From Pseudomonadota bacterium (GTDB taxonomy: Bacteria; Pseudomonadota; Gammaproteobacteria; UBA9214), in assembly GCA_041395565.1 (NCBI GenBank), contig JAWLAI010000007.1, positions 270,967 to 334,966 on the forward strand: DNA of 64,000 bases. The letters run 5' to 3'. A program made the translations under genes and the position numbers. Of the stretch, positions 9,492 through 19,343 are shown one piece after another. The notes beneath the pieces were generated by a model. The model was not told where the DNA came from. It saw only the letters and a program-made list of their open reading frames with translations, and searched no databases. Within the stretch, counting starts at the first letter, position 1. Each line of letters begins with the position of its first letter.

Positions 9492-10057
9492 TTGCGCACG
9501 CGATAACGTGCCAGGCGGATACCGTCATCCCAGAAACCGGGCGGCAGTCCGGCCTTGCGCTTGAGCTGGGCCAGGAATTCCTCCGGGCTTGGCAGGGCAT
9601 CCCACACTTGCGGCAGAAAGGTGCCGCGGGCCTGGCCATAGGTCAGGACCACGCCGTCGACACCGGGACGCAGCCGGGCGATGGCATCGGCCTGCGAGGT
9701 GAACTCCATGGCCTCGGGCACGGACAGCAGCGAAACCTCGATGCACGTGGCATCCAGCTCCTGTACGCGCAAAGGCGGGAAACGCGGATCGCGCACGGCC
9801 GCGGCGACGGCATTCGCGCGCACGTCCTCCAGCAGCTGCCGGTAGGCCTCGAGACTGCCGATGCAGCCGCGCAGGTCGCCGTTCAGGGTCAGCGTCACGA
9901 AGCTAGCGCCCGGCTCCAGCAGCCAGGCGGCCGGCGTGTAGGCGACTCCCGCCGCGCCCAGGCGGCGCGCGATCGCGTCGCGCGCCACCGCCAGCAGCGT
10001 GGGATCGTCCGCCGCGGGCTGCAGCCCGGGCTCGGTCAATTCGGGCAACGGCTTCAT
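9461..10057 (-). CDS. AMMECR1-domain protein (AmmeMemoRadiSam system protein A)
   Basis: 198 aa; AMMECR1 signatures LRGCIGSL and RGTFLPQVW; overlaps neighbouring genes at both ends (operon). Confidence 0.85.
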   Translation of the reverse strand: MKPLPELTEPGLQPAADDPTLLAVARDAIARRLGAAGVAYTPAAWLLEPGASFVTLTLNGDLRGCIGSLEAYRQLLEDVRANAVAAAVRDPRFPPLRVQELDATCIEVSLLSVPEAMEFTSQADAIARLRPGVDGVVLTYGQARGTFLPQVWDALPSPEEFLAQLKRKAGLPPGFWDDGIRLARYRVRKWREPERGAA

Positions 10058-10863
10058 GCCGCCTTCGCCTCGTAGAAGGCGATCGCGCAGTAGCCGACCA
10101 CGCGCGCATGATCACCGGCGGTGTCACCCGAATTGCGCAGATCCAGCACCTCGGCCGTGAGACCGCGGTCGGCGGCGAAGGCCAGCAGGCCGTTGACCGG
10201 CGTGGCGCCACAGGCCTCGTCGTGGTCTATGTCCGCCCGCAGTTCCAGGATGCGCTGTACCGTCTCTTCATCCACGCGGCGTGCCGCCCGGTACGGCAGG
10301 TAATGCGAGAGATCGGAGCTGATCACGACCAGCGTCTCGGCACCGCCCCAGACGCGGTCCAGCACGGCAGCGACCTCCGCCTGGGTGGCATCGCCGACGG
10401 CCAGGGGCAGCAGGGTGAAATCGCCCAGCACGGTCTGCAGGAACGGCAGGTGCACTTCCAGCGAATGCTCCTGGGCGTGCACGGCATCGTTCACCGTCAC
10501 TGCCGGGAGCTTGCGCAGTGCCGCCATCGCCGCCGTGTCCAGCGGCACCTCGCCCAGGGGCGTGGTGAACGCGGTGGCTGCGGGCAACGCCAGGCCGCGC
10601 ACCGGTATCCGGTGCACCGGACCCAGCAGCACGACGCGGCGGATACGGCCGGCCAGCGGTGCCAGCCGGGCATAGGCGCTGGCGGCGACCGGTCCCGAAT
10701 AGACATACCCGGCATGGGGCACGATCAGGGCCTTGGGAGGACGCAGCGCGCCGCCGTCCGGCACCGCGGCGAGCAGCGCGCGCACCTGCGCGGACAGCTC
10801 GGAGCGGCTCGATGGATAGAACAGGCCCGCCACGGCAGGCGCACGCGATGAATTCATGGACAC
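10054..10863 (-). CDS. MEMO1-family protein (AmmeMemoRadiSam system protein B)
   Basis: 269 aa; Memo-like motifs (LIVPHAGYVYSG, VVLLGPVH, ISSDLSHY). Confidence 0.85.
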   Translation of the reverse strand: MSMNSSRAPAVAGLFYPSSRSELSAQVRALLAAVPDGGALRPPKALIVPHAGYVYSGPVAASAYARLAPLAGRIRRVVLLGPVHRIPVRGLALPAATAFTTPLGEVPLDTAAMAALRKLPAVTVNDAVHAQEHSLEVHLPFLQTVLGDFTLLPLAVGDATQAEVAAVLDRVWGGAETLVVISSDLSHYLPYRAARRVDEETVQRILELRADIDHDEACGATPVNGLLAFAADRGLTAEVLDLRNSGDTAGDHARVVGYCAIAFYEAKAA

Positions 10864-10951
10864 CTCGATCTCACTTACCTCTTACATGTGGCCGCGGCCG
10901 GCAAACACAAGCGCGGCCGGAGTGACAAATCGCCGCACCCGCCGGCGGGCT

Positions 10952-11449
10952 TCAGTCCGGCTGCCCCAGCGCGGCACGGTAGAGCGCGGCATCCGCGTCG
11001 CTGTAGCAGCAGGCGATGAGACGCTCGAAGCGCGACTCGTACTCGCGCAGCGCCGTCAGTGCGATGCGCGCTGCCTCCGCCCGCGGGAAACCGTACACGC
11101 CGGTACTGATGGCGGGAAAGGCGATACTGTGTACATCGTTCTGCAGTGCCAGCTCACAGCTGTTGCGGTAGCAGGCCCGCAGCAATGCCGCCTCGTAGTT
11201 CGTGCCGCCCTGCCATACGGGTCCGACGGTGTGGATCACGCGCCGCGCCGGCAGTCCGAAACCGGGGCTGATCTTGGCCTCGCCCGTACGGCAACCGCCC
11301 AGCGTCCGGCAGAACTGCGCAAGCAATGGGCCGGCCGCGCGGTGAATGGCGCCATCCACCCCGCCGCCCCCGAGCAGACTGCTGTTCGCCGCATTGACGA
11401 TCGCGTCGAGTGCGAGGGTGGTGATATCCGCGGTAACGATCTCGATCAC
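10952..11449 (-). CDS. ymdB: macro-domain protein (YmdB-like O-acetyl-ADP-ribose deacetylase)
   Basis: Near-identical core to E. coli YmdB: [48 protein letters not shown] start at 11449 inferred (gives [12 protein letters not shown]...); the ORF-track ATG at 11623 would overlap the divergent gene, so the start is uncertain. Confidence 0.7.
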   Translation of the reverse strand: MIEIVTADITTLALDAIVNAANSSLLGGGGVDGAIHRAAGPLLAQFCRTLGGCRTGEAKISPGFGLPARRVIHTVGPVWQGGTNYEAALLRACYRNSCELALQNDVHSIAFPAISTGVYGFPRAEAARIALTALREYESRFERLIACCYSDADAALYRAALGQPD

Positions 11450-11561
11450 GTCCGGTTGCCAGGGTTTGCGCTGCTGCGAGTATAGCAGCCCGGCGCGGAT
11501 TGCCTCTTCTTGCCGTTGCGTTATAGTGTTATGGCACGAACCGCGGGGGGACCGGAACGGG

Positions 11562-13055
11562 ATGCTGCCAAACTTGATCACGTTGTCGCGTGCTGCGCGC
11601 CTGGTCGGCGTCAAGCGCGGCACCCTGCAGAAACAGATCCAGCGTGGTGAACTGCGTACCTTCGAGGGCGAGCTGCTGCTGTCCGACCTGCTGCACGCCT
11701 ATCCGCAGACCGAAATCGAAGACAGCACCATGCTGGAACGGGTCGGCGCTATCAAGGAACAGGCCGTCAACAAGATCATCCGTGCGGAAGTGGACAAGCC
11801 GGATGTCGATACACTCTACGCGCGCGTGCTCTCGCTCGGCCGGGAACTGGCTGCGGCGCGCGCGCAGGCACGCCGCAGCGAGGGCCTGGTCGAAAGCCTG
11901 AAGCGGAAATTCGGCGAGCCAGCGGCCGGCGCGGCAGACGAGCGCACGCTGGCGGCAGCCTACACCGGCCTGCGCGACTGGTTCTTCCAGACGCTGGAGG
12001 CGGCCGAATCACCGGATGATTCCAGCGGTTTCTTCGCACGGGAGGCGTTTCTCAGGGTCATGGCTGCTCAGGTCAGAATCGTGCCCAGTGGGCACGAGTT
12101 TTTCATCGAGGGTTCCGATTCCCTGCTGGAGGCCGGGTTACGCGGCGGCCTGGCGCTCGATTACGGCTGCAGCAACGGCAACTGCGGCATGTGCAAATGC
12201 CGGGTGGTATCGGGCGAGGTCAAGAAGATAGCGCCGCATGACTACGCGCTCTCCGAAACGGAAAAGGGTCTCGGCTACATCCTCGCCTGCTCCTATACCG
12301 CGGTGACGGACGTGGTCCTGGAAGCCAACGAGGCACACGGCGCGGGCGACATCCCGCAACAGGAGATCGAGATCAGGATCAGGAAACTGGAACAGCCCGA
12401 TGACCGGGTGGTCATTCTGCATGCGAGAACCCCGCGCACCCGGCGCCTGCGCTTCCTCGCCGGCCAGTTCCTGACGCTCGGCCGCGACGACCTGCCGGCC
12501 CGCGAGTGCGCCATCGCCAGCTGCCCATGCGATGACATGAACCTGCAGTTCCATATTCCGGTCACGGCCGGCGACCCGTTCAGTGACTGGCTCGGCACGC
12601 TGAAGCCCAACGTCGGACTGACCATCCGCGGGCCAAACGGCGACTTCACGCTCGACGAGGATTCGCCGCGTTCGCTGGTATTCATCGCCGTCAACGCCGG
12701 CTTCGGCCCGGTGAAGAGCCTGATCGAGCATGCCATGGCCCTCGATATCGCCGAGACCATCGACCTGTTCTGGATCATCACACCCGGGAACAGTCATTAC
12801 CTGGGCAACCTGTGCCGGTCCTGGGACGATGCGCTCGACAATTTCACCTATCACCCGCTCGCGGCAAGCGCGACGCAGCCGGTCGAGACGCTGTTGCCCG
12901 CCATCCTGGGGCGACTGGAAGACGCCGGCAGCCGGGACTTTTACGTCTGCACGCCGTCGCCGCTGCTCGATGCGCTTGAGGGTTTCCTGCGCACCAGCGG
13001 CATCCCGGCGCCGCAGATCCGCATGGAACCGGTGCGCCAGGGCACGTCGACCTGA
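11562..13055 (+). CDS. fusion protein: N-terminal HTH (excisionase/MerR-like) + coiled-coil + 2Fe-2S plant-type ferredoxin domain + FNR-like FAD/NAD(P)-binding reductase domain
   Basis: 498 aa from ATG 11562. HTH-like [27 protein letters not shown]; Fer2 Cys pattern [16 protein letters not shown]...C; FAD-binding [25 protein letters not shown]; NAD-binding [16 protein letters not shown]; single continuous frame. Confidence 0.75.
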   Translation: MLPNLITLSRAARLVGVKRGTLQKQIQRGELRTFEGELLLSDLLHAYPQTEIEDSTMLERVGAIKEQAVNKIIRAEVDKPDVDTLYARVLSLGRELAAARAQARRSEGLVESLKRKFGEPAAGAADERTLAAAYTGLRDWFFQTLEAAESPDDSSGFFAREAFLRVMAAQVRIVPSGHEFFIEGSDSLLEAGLRGGLALDYGCSNGNCGMCKCRVVSGEVKKIAPHDYALSETEKGLGYILACSYTAVTDVVLEANEAHGAGDIPQQEIEIRIRKLEQPDDRVVILHARTPRTRRLRFLAGQFLTLGRDDLPARECAIASCPCDDMNLQFHIPVTAGDPFSDWLGTLKPNVGLTIRGPNGDFTLDEDSPRSLVFIAVNAGFGPVKSLIEHAMALDIAETIDLFWIITPGNSHYLGNLCRSWDDALDNFTYHPLAASATQPVETLLPAILGRLEDAGSRDFYVCTPSPLLDALEGFLRTSGIPAPQIRMEPVRQGTST

Positions 13056-13097
13056 TCCCTGTCAGGCACCGCTTTTACTCGCAGACGCGGTCCGCGC

Positions 13098-13475
13098 CTA
13101 CTTGACGATCTTGAGAGAGGGACGTTTGCCGGATGGCGGTTCGCTTGGCGACGGGGAACTGCCACCATCGTGGTCACTGAACACCATGCCGCGACCGTTC
13201 TCCTTGGCGTAGATGGCCAGCACCGCGTCGACCGGCACATACACATCCGTCGCGATGCCGCCGAAACGCGCCCGGAAGGCGATGGCGTCGTTACCCAAGG
13301 TCAGGCCCTCGACGGCGGCCGGGCTGATATTGAGCACGATCTTGCCGTTCTGCCCGTGCTGGGCCGGGATATCGACCCCTTCACCCTCGATATCCACCAG
13401 CAGGTGCGGGGTCATTTCATTGTCCAGGATCCATTCGTGGATGGCACGGACAAGGTAGGGACGACTGCTGTTCAT
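13098..13475 (-). CDS. sspB: ClpXP protease specificity-enhancing factor SspB
   Basis: 125 aa; MNSSRPYLVRAIHEWILDNEMTPHLLVD...ARFGGIATDVYVPVDAVLAIYAKENG; C-terminal KRPSLKIVK ClpX-binding tail. Confidence 0.9.
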   Translation of the reverse strand: MNSSRPYLVRAIHEWILDNEMTPHLLVDIEGEGVDIPAQHGQNGKIVLNISPAAVEGLTLGNDAIAFRARFGGIATDVYVPVDAVLAIYAKENGRGMVFSDHDGGSSPSPSEPPSGKRPSLKIVK

Positions 13476-13600
13476 GGGCAAGACAATACTAGAACCCATG
13501 CCATTATGCCACGCGGCCCGCGCGGCATAACGGTGCAGGCAACCGCTGACCAGCCCGGTTAGCGTGCGGCGGCACGCACGGGCCGGGCGCGCAGCGTCGT

Positions 13601-14224
13601 TCAGTCGCGCATTTCCCGCTCGACCTCGGACAGGCTTTCCTTGAACGATTCGCGTGCGAACATCCGTTCTGCATAGTCGAGCACGGGCTTGGCCTGGCGC
13701 GGGAGGTCGATCCCGTAATGCTTGATACGCCACAGGATCGGCAGGATGCTCGCGTCCACCAGCGAGAATTCGTCGCTCAGGAAATACGGCTTCGCGGCAA
13801 ACACCTCGGCGCTCGAGGTCAGGCTGTCGCGCAGCTGCTTGCGTGCCTTGGCCGCGGTCTTCTCGCCCTTGGACTCCAGCGCCGGCACCAGGCCGTACCA
13901 GTCCTGCTCGATGCGGTACAGCGCCAGCCGGGTACGCGCGCGTGACACCGGATCGACCGGCATCAGCGGCGGATGCGGAAAGCGCTCGTCGAGGTACTCC
14001 ATGATCGCGCGCGGGTCGTAGAGGACCAGTTCGCGATCGACCAGGGTCGGCACGGTGTTGTAGGGATTCAGGTCGATCAGGTCCTCGGGCTTGTTGTTGT
14101 CGACCTCGACGATCTCGACGGTAATGCCCTTCTCGGCCAGCACCACGCGAACCCGGTGACTCTGCGGACAGCTGGCAGACGAAAAAAGACTCATCACGGA
14201 ACGCCGGTTCGCTACGAGTGCCAT
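13601..14224 (-). CDS. sspA: stringent starvation protein A (GST-like)
   Basis: 207 aa from MALVANRRSVMSLFSS..., collinear with E. coli SspA; AAGGGGA RBS. Confidence 0.9.
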   Translation of the reverse strand: MALVANRRSVMSLFSSASCPQSHRVRVVLAEKGITVEIVEVDNNKPEDLIDLNPYNTVPTLVDRELVLYDPRAIMEYLDERFPHPPLMPVDPVSRARTRLALYRIEQDWYGLVPALESKGEKTAAKARKQLRDSLTSSAEVFAAKPYFLSDEFSLVDASILPILWRIKHYGIDLPRQAKPVLDYAERMFARESFKESLSEVEREMRD

Positions 14225-14268
14225 ATTGTGTATCCCCTTGAAAATGGAGTCACCCTCGCTTGCGTGGC

Positions 14269-15006
14269 TCAATGCACGTCTTTCCAGAATTCACGCTTCA
14301 TCAGGTAGGCCAGCACCAGGAAGAGCAGCAGGAACATGATGACCTTCACGCCCAGCGTCTTGCGCTCATGCTTGGCGGGCTCACCCATGTAGTCGAGGAA
14401 GTTGACCAGATCGCGGATCGCGCGGTCGTATTCCTTGGGCGTCAGCTTACCCGGTTCGACGAGTTCGAGCGTGACATCCTTGGTCTCGGTACCGTCCTCG
14501 TTCTTGACGGTGTGGATCTTGGCCTCCTGCCAGCCCTGCAGCTCCCACAGCACGTGCGGCATGCCGACATCCGGAAACACCAGGTTGTTGACGCCGGTGA
14601 TCTTCGTCTTGTCGAGATAGAAGCTGCGCATGTAACTGTACAGCCAGTCCACCCCGCGCGATCGCGCGATCACGCTGAGGTCCGGCGGCACGGTGCCGAA
14701 CCACTCCTTTTCGTCTTCCGGGTGGGTCGCAACCGTCATCAGCTCGCCCACCTTGCCGCCGTTGAAGACCAGGTTCTCGGCCACCAGCTTCTCCTTGATG
14801 CCGAGGTCCTTGCCGATGCGCTCGAAGCGCATCAGGGCCGCCGAATGGCAGCTCAGGCAGTAGTTCACGAACAGACGCGCACCGCGCTGCAGCGAGGCGG
14901 TGTTGTTCGGATCGATGTTTGCCTCTTCCAGATGGGCGTGCTCCGCAGCCATCGCGGCCCAGGCCGGCGCCAGCAGTAACAGTACGGCAATCAGTTGCTT
15001 TTTCAT
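14269..15006 (-). CDS. petC: cytochrome c1 of the ubiquinol-cytochrome c reductase (bc1) complex
   Basis: Signal peptide; CLSCHS haem motif; C-terminal TM anchor. Confidence 0.9.
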   Translation of the reverse strand: MKKQLIAVLLLLAPAWAAMAAEHAHLEEANIDPNNTASLQRGARLFVNYCLSCHSAALMRFERIGKDLGIKEKLVAENLVFNGGKVGELMTVATHPEDEKEWFGTVPPDLSVIARSRGVDWLYSYMRSFYLDKTKITGVNNLVFPDVGMPHVLWELQGWQEAKIHTVKNEDGTETKDVTLELVEPGKLTPKEYDRAIRDLVNFLDYMGEPAKHERKTLGVKVIMFLLLFLVLAYLMKREFWKDVH

Positions 15007-16253
15007 GATGTCACCCTGTCAGGTACCGGTTTGGTCTTGTCCATTTTCGTGTAAATGGGCATCAGGAAGAAGAACGCGAAGTACACGATCGTGCAGATCC
15101 GCGCAATCAGGGTCTTCACTTCCGAGGGCTGTTCCATACCGAGCCAGCCCAGGATGACGAAGCTGACCACGAACAGCGCGAGCCAGACCTTGTAGACCGT
15201 ACCGCGATAGCGGATCGACTTGACCGGGCTGCGGTCCAGCCAGGGCATGAAGAACAGCACCACGATGGCAACGCCCATGGCCAGCACGCCCGGGAAGGCG
15301 GAACCGCCGACCGAGGGCACCGCGCGCAGGATGGCGTAGAACGGGGTGAAATACCACAGCGGCGCGATGTGCTCGGGTGTCTTGAGCGGGTCGGCCGGGA
15401 TGAAGTTGTTCGCCTCCAGGAAGTAACCGTTCATCTCCGGCAGGAAGAACACCACGATGGAGAAGAAGATCAGGAACACGACCACGCCCACGATATCCTT
15501 GACCGTGTAGTAGGGATGGAACGGTATGCCGTCCAGCGGAATGCCGTTGGCATCCTTGTTCTGCTTGATCTCGACACCGTCCGGATTGTTGGAGCCGACC
15601 TCGTGCAGCGCCAGGATATGCAGCACGACCAGCGCCAGCAGCACGATCGGCACCGCAATCACGTGGAAGGCGAAAAAGCGGTTCAGGGTGGCGTCGGCGA
15701 CGACGTAGTCACCGCGGATCCACAGGGCGACGGATTCGCCGATGCCCGGGATGGCGCCGAACAGGTTGATGATCACCTGCGCACCCCAGTAGGACATCTG
15801 ACCCCAGGGCAGCAGGTAGCCCATGAAGGCCTCGGCCATCAGGGCGACGTAGATGATCATGCCGAAGATCCAGATCAGTTCGCGCGGCTTCTTGTAGGAA
15901 CCGTAGATCAGGCCGCGGAACATATGCAGGTACACCACGACGAAGAAGGCCGAGGCGCCGGTCGAGTGCATGTAGCGGATCAGCCAGCCCCAGTTCACGT
16001 CGCGCATGATGTACTCGACGGAGTTGAAGGCCAGGTTTGCGTCGGGCTTGTAGTTCATGGTCAGCCAGATGCCGGTCAGGATCTGCATCACCAGCACCAT
16101 CAGCGCCAGCGAACCGAAGAAGTACCAGAAGTTGAAGTTCTTCGGTGCGTAATACCGGGCCAGGTGGTCGTACCACATGCTGCTGAGCGGGAAACGCGCA
16201 TCGATCCAGCCCAGCAGGCCGCCCTGCCATTTTTCACTCGTATTGCCAGCCAT
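15003..16253 (-). CDS. petB: cytochrome b of the bc1 complex
   Basis: 416 aa polytopic protein, FFGSLALMVLVMQILTGIWLTMNY... Confidence 0.95.
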   Translation of the reverse strand: MAGNTSEKWQGGLLGWIDARFPLSSMWYDHLARYYAPKNFNFWYFFGSLALMVLVMQILTGIWLTMNYKPDANLAFNSVEYIMRDVNWGWLIRYMHSTGASAFFVVVYLHMFRGLIYGSYKKPRELIWIFGMIIYVALMAEAFMGYLLPWGQMSYWGAQVIINLFGAIPGIGESVALWIRGDYVVADATLNRFFAFHVIAVPIVLLALVVLHILALHEVGSNNPDGVEIKQNKDANGIPLDGIPFHPYYTVKDIVGVVVFLIFFSIVVFFLPEMNGYFLEANNFIPADPLKTPEHIAPLWYFTPFYAILRAVPSVGGSAFPGVLAMGVAIVVLFFMPWLDRSPVKSIRYRGTVYKVWLALFVVSFVILGWLGMEQPSEVKTLIARICTIVYFAFFFLMPIYTKMDKTKPVPDRVTS

Positions 16254-16846
16254 TATGCGGTCTCCTCGTCTTCACCGATCAGGATTTCGGTTTCACTCAG
16301 GTAACGGTAGGGCGGGACCGGCAGGTTCTTCGGCGCCGGCATGCCCTTGAACACGCGTCCGGCGAAATCGAAACGGGAACCATGACACGGACAGAAGAAC
16401 CCGCCCGGCCAGTCCGGACCCAGGTCGGCCGGCGCCACGTCGGGACGGTAGGTCGGCGAGCAGCCCAGGTGGGTACAGATACCGATCAGCACCAGGTATT
16501 CCGGCTTGATCGAACGCCATTCATTCTGCGCGTAAGCCGGCTGCTGCGGCAGCTCCGAGGCAGGATCGGCCAGCCGGGAATCCAGACTCGGCAGCCGGTC
16601 GAGGTCCGCCTGGGTGCGGTTGACGATCCACACCGGCTTGCCGCGCCACTTGACGCGGATCATCTGGCCCGGTTCCAGCTTGCTGATATCGGCCCGGACC
16701 GGGGCGCCGGCCGCGCGCGCCTTCGCACTGGGCTGCATGGAGGAAATGAAAGGTACCAGTACAAAGCCGGTCCCCACCGCACCCACGACCGTGGTGGCCG
16801 CGGTCAGGAATCGACGCCTGCCGGAATTGGTGTCCTCGCCACTCAT
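16253..16846 (-). CDS. petA: Rieske iron-sulfur subunit of the bc1 complex
   Basis: Tat-like [10 protein letters not shown]; Rieske boxes CTHLGC and CPCHGS. Confidence 0.9.
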   Translation of the reverse strand: MSGEDTNSGRRRFLTAATTVVGAVGTGFVLVPFISSMQPSAKARAAGAPVRADISKLEPGQMIRVKWRGKPVWIVNRTQADLDRLPSLDSRLADPASELPQQPAYAQNEWRSIKPEYLVLIGICTHLGCSPTYRPDVAPADLGPDWPGGFFCPCHGSRFDFAGRVFKGMPAPKNLPVPPYRYLSETEILIGEDEETA

Positions 16847-16931
16847 AGGGGCATTCTCCAGAGTTTTAATAAATTCAGTGAGTTATCTGCACCCTGCGGC
16901 CCGACGCCGGCACAGGACGCACAACAATCAT

Positions 16932-16947
16932 TTCGGAATATTCTGAA
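16932..16947. promoter_or_regulatory. near-palindrome TTCGGAATATTCTGAA upstream of petA (candidate regulator binding site)
   Basis: Read from the sequence about 85 nt upstream of the petA start; one mismatch from perfect dyad symmetry. Confidence 0.2.
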
Positions 16948-17062
16948 TTGTTTCAGGCAGATTCCAAGGGCCGTATAGGATGGTCGAAGTACCTGCCAAG
17001 GTCAAGCGGAATGCGGGCCAGTAACGCTGGCGCAGCCCCTGGGCAAGCGCCCCCCTGCCCGG

Positions 17063-17821
17063 TCAGACGGGGTTGTCGATATCGATGAACCGGTGGTGCA
17101 GACCGAACCGCCCGGCCAGGTGTTCACCCAGCGCGCAGGCGCCGAAACGTTCCGTGGCATGATGCCCGGCCGCGAAGTAGTGGATCCCCGTCTCGCGCGC
17201 CACATGCACGGTCTGCTCGGAGACCTCGCCGCTGACGAAGGCGTCCAGTCCGCGCGCGGCCGCGGCCGTGATGTAGGACTGGGCCGCGCCGGTACACCAG
17301 CCGATGCGCTCGATCTGCGGCGCGCTGCCCGCGATGTGCAGGGGCGAGCGTCCGAGCGAGCTCTCCAGGTATTCGCAGAAGCCGGCGGCGTCCAGCGGCC
17401 GCGCCAGGCTGCCGTACTGCGCCAGCTGCAGTCCGCCGTCGTCACCGAAGCAACCTGCCGGCTCCAGGCCCAGCACCCGCGCCAGCTGGGTGTTGTTGCC
17501 GAACTCCGGATGCGCATCGAGCGGCAGGTGATAGGCCAGCAGGCTGATGTCGGCGTCGAGCAGCAGCTTGAGCCGGCGCCGCAGCATGCCGGTCACGCAG
17601 GGCGAGTCACCTTTCCAGAACCAGCCATGGTGCACCAGCAGGGCATCCGCCCCGGCTGCAGCTGCCGCCTCGATCAGCGCGAGGCTGGCGCTCACCCCGC
17701 TCACCAGCAGGCCCACCTCTGCCCTGCCCTCCACCTGCAGACCGTTCGGGCAATAGTCCGTGAAGCTGGTCACGTTCAGCAGTTCGTTCGTATAATCAAC
17801 CAGTTCTTTCAGTGCTACCAT
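17063..17821 (-). CDS. Nif3-family dinuclear-metal-centre protein (YbgI/YqfO-like; GTP cyclohydrolase 1 type 2 homologue)
   Basis: 252 aa, collinear with E. coli YbgI (NGLQVEG..., LVHHGWFWKG, HLPLDAHPE.GNN, AAGHHATERFG). Only the C-terminal third of the 688-aa track ORF is real; ATG at 17821. Confidence 0.85.
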   Translation of the reverse strand: MVALKELVDYTNELLNVTSFTDYCPNGLQVEGRAEVGLLVSGVSASLALIEAAAAAGADALLVHHGWFWKGDSPCVTGMLRRRLKLLLDADISLLAYHLPLDAHPEFGNNTQLARVLGLEPAGCFGDDGGLQLAQYGSLARPLDAAGFCEYLESSLGRSPLHIAGSAPQIERIGWCTGAAQSYITAAAARGLDAFVSGEVSEQTVHVARETGIHYFAAGHHATERFGACALGEHLAGRFGLHHRFIDIDNPV

Positions 17822-17887
17822 CGTGATATGTCCCGTACCGGGGGCCGGCCTGTGTTGAGCGACATGCCGGCCAAGGGTAACCGACCT

Positions 17888-19084
17888 ATGCCATTTCGCA
17901 AGAGCGCCCAGTTCATCCTGCAGACCGTCGTCATCGGGCTGGCGGCCGCGTTCGTCTATGTCCTGCTGATCGAGCCGCAGCTGCTCAAACACGACGCCAA
18001 TGTGGTGGAGGTCACCGAGACCCCGGCGACGCCGGCCCAGCTGCAGCCGCTGCCGGGCGCCGGCAGCGCCGGCCTGGGCTCCGGACCGGTCTCGTACGCG
18101 GACGCGGTCGCGCGGGCGGCACCGGCCGTGGTCAACGTCCACACCGCCAAGATCATCACCCGCAAGGTACACCCGCTGCTCGAAGACCCGATCTTCCAGC
18201 AGTTCTTCGGCGATCGATTCACGCAATCGCGCCGGGAGATCCAGACCAGCCTCGGTTCCGGCGTGCTGATCAGCAAGCAGGGTTACATCCTGACCAACAA
18301 CCATGTGATCGAGGGCGCCGACGAGATTCAGGTGCTGCTTGCGGACGGACGCCGCATGCAGGCCACGGTGGTCGGCACCGATGCCGACACTGACGTGGCC
18401 GTGCTGCACATCAGCGCCGACAACCTGCCGGCCATCGTCATCGGCGATTCCAGACGCCTGCGCGTGGGCGACGTGGCGCTGGCCATCGGCAATCCCTTCG
18501 GCGTCGGCCAGACCGTGACCTTCGGCATCATCAGCGCGACCGGCCGCGACCACCTCGGCATCAACGCCTACGAGGAATTCATCCAGACCGACGCAGCGAT
18601 CAATCCCGGCAACTCGGGCGGCGCGCTGATCAATGCCAGCGGCGAGCTGATCGGCATCAATTCCGCCATCTACAGCCGCACGGGCGGATCGCAGGGCATC
18701 GGCTTCGCCATCCCCATCAGCCTTGCCAAGGGCGTCATGACGCAGATCATCGAGCAGGGCCATGTCGTGCGCGGCTGGCTGGGTATCGAGGCACAGGACC
18801 TGACCGAACAGCTGGCGGAATCCTTCGGCCTGTCCAGCCTGCAGGGTGTGCTGATCTCCGGCGTGCTGCGCGATGGCCCGGCAGACCAGGCCGGCCTGCT
18901 CCCCGGCGATGTCGTGACCACCATCAACGGCCGCGCGGTCAACGACAGCAGCGCGGCGATGAAGGTCATCTCCGAACAGCAGCCGGACTCGGTGATCGTG
19001 CTGGGCGGCGTGCGCGAGGGCAAGCCCGTCTATCTCAAGGTACGGGTGCAGCAGCGCCCGCGCCAGGCGGGGCTGGGCAACTAG
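17888..19084 (+). CDS. degS: DegS/AlgW-type periplasmic serine endoprotease (trypsin domain + single PDZ)
   Basis: N-terminal TM anchor; GSGVLIS..GYILTNNHV, GNSGGAL catalytic triad context; one PDZ; start at ATG 17888 preferred (alternatives at 17864 and 17828). Confidence 0.85.
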   Translation: MPFRKSAQFILQTVVIGLAAAFVYVLLIEPQLLKHDANVVEVTETPATPAQLQPLPGAGSAGLGSGPVSYADAVARAAPAVVNVHTAKIITRKVHPLLEDPIFQQFFGDRFTQSRREIQTSLGSGVLISKQGYILTNNHVIEGADEIQVLLADGRRMQATVVGTDADTDVAVLHISADNLPAIVIGDSRRLRVGDVALAIGNPFGVGQTVTFGIISATGRDHLGINAYEEFIQTDAAINPGNSGGALINASGELIGINSAIYSRTGGSQGIGFAIPISLAKGVMTQIIEQGHVVRGWLGIEAQDLTEQLAESFGLSSLQGVLISGVLRDGPADQAGLLPGDVVTTINGRAVNDSSAAMKVISEQQPDSVIVLGGVREGKPVYLKVRVQQRPRQAGLGN

Positions 19085-19271
19085 CGCACCGACGTCGACA
19101 GCGCAGACAACAAGCCTGTCTCGCGCCACGACGACAGGGATGCAGGAGGCAGCGCAATGCAGGGAGCCATTGCAGAAGACGCATTGGCGCGGACGAAACC
19201 CGTGCCACGGACGGCACAGAGAACACGGTGTTTTTAGAACCTATCTCAAAATTGGCACAAGTGTTCTTACA

Positions 19272-19343
19272 TCGTCATGCCCGCGCAGGCGGGCATCCAG
19301 AAACCACGCGAAATACGGGATTCCGGCCTGCGCCGGAATGACG
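19272..19343. repeat. REP/BIME-like pair of hairpins (ATGCCCGC-gcag-GCGGGCAT and ATTCCGGC-ctgc-GCCGGAAT-GACG) between the convergent degS and hisC
   Basis: Same family as 3599-3622; the units differ by compensatory C/G swaps that keep the stem intact. Confidence 0.5.

Noticed and set aside
17063-19129. 688-aa ORF on the minus strand spanning the degS region
   Set aside because: Only its C-terminal 252 aa (the Nif3-family protein, 17063-17821) has recognisable homology. The rest is a GC-driven open frame antisense to the well-supported degS gene.
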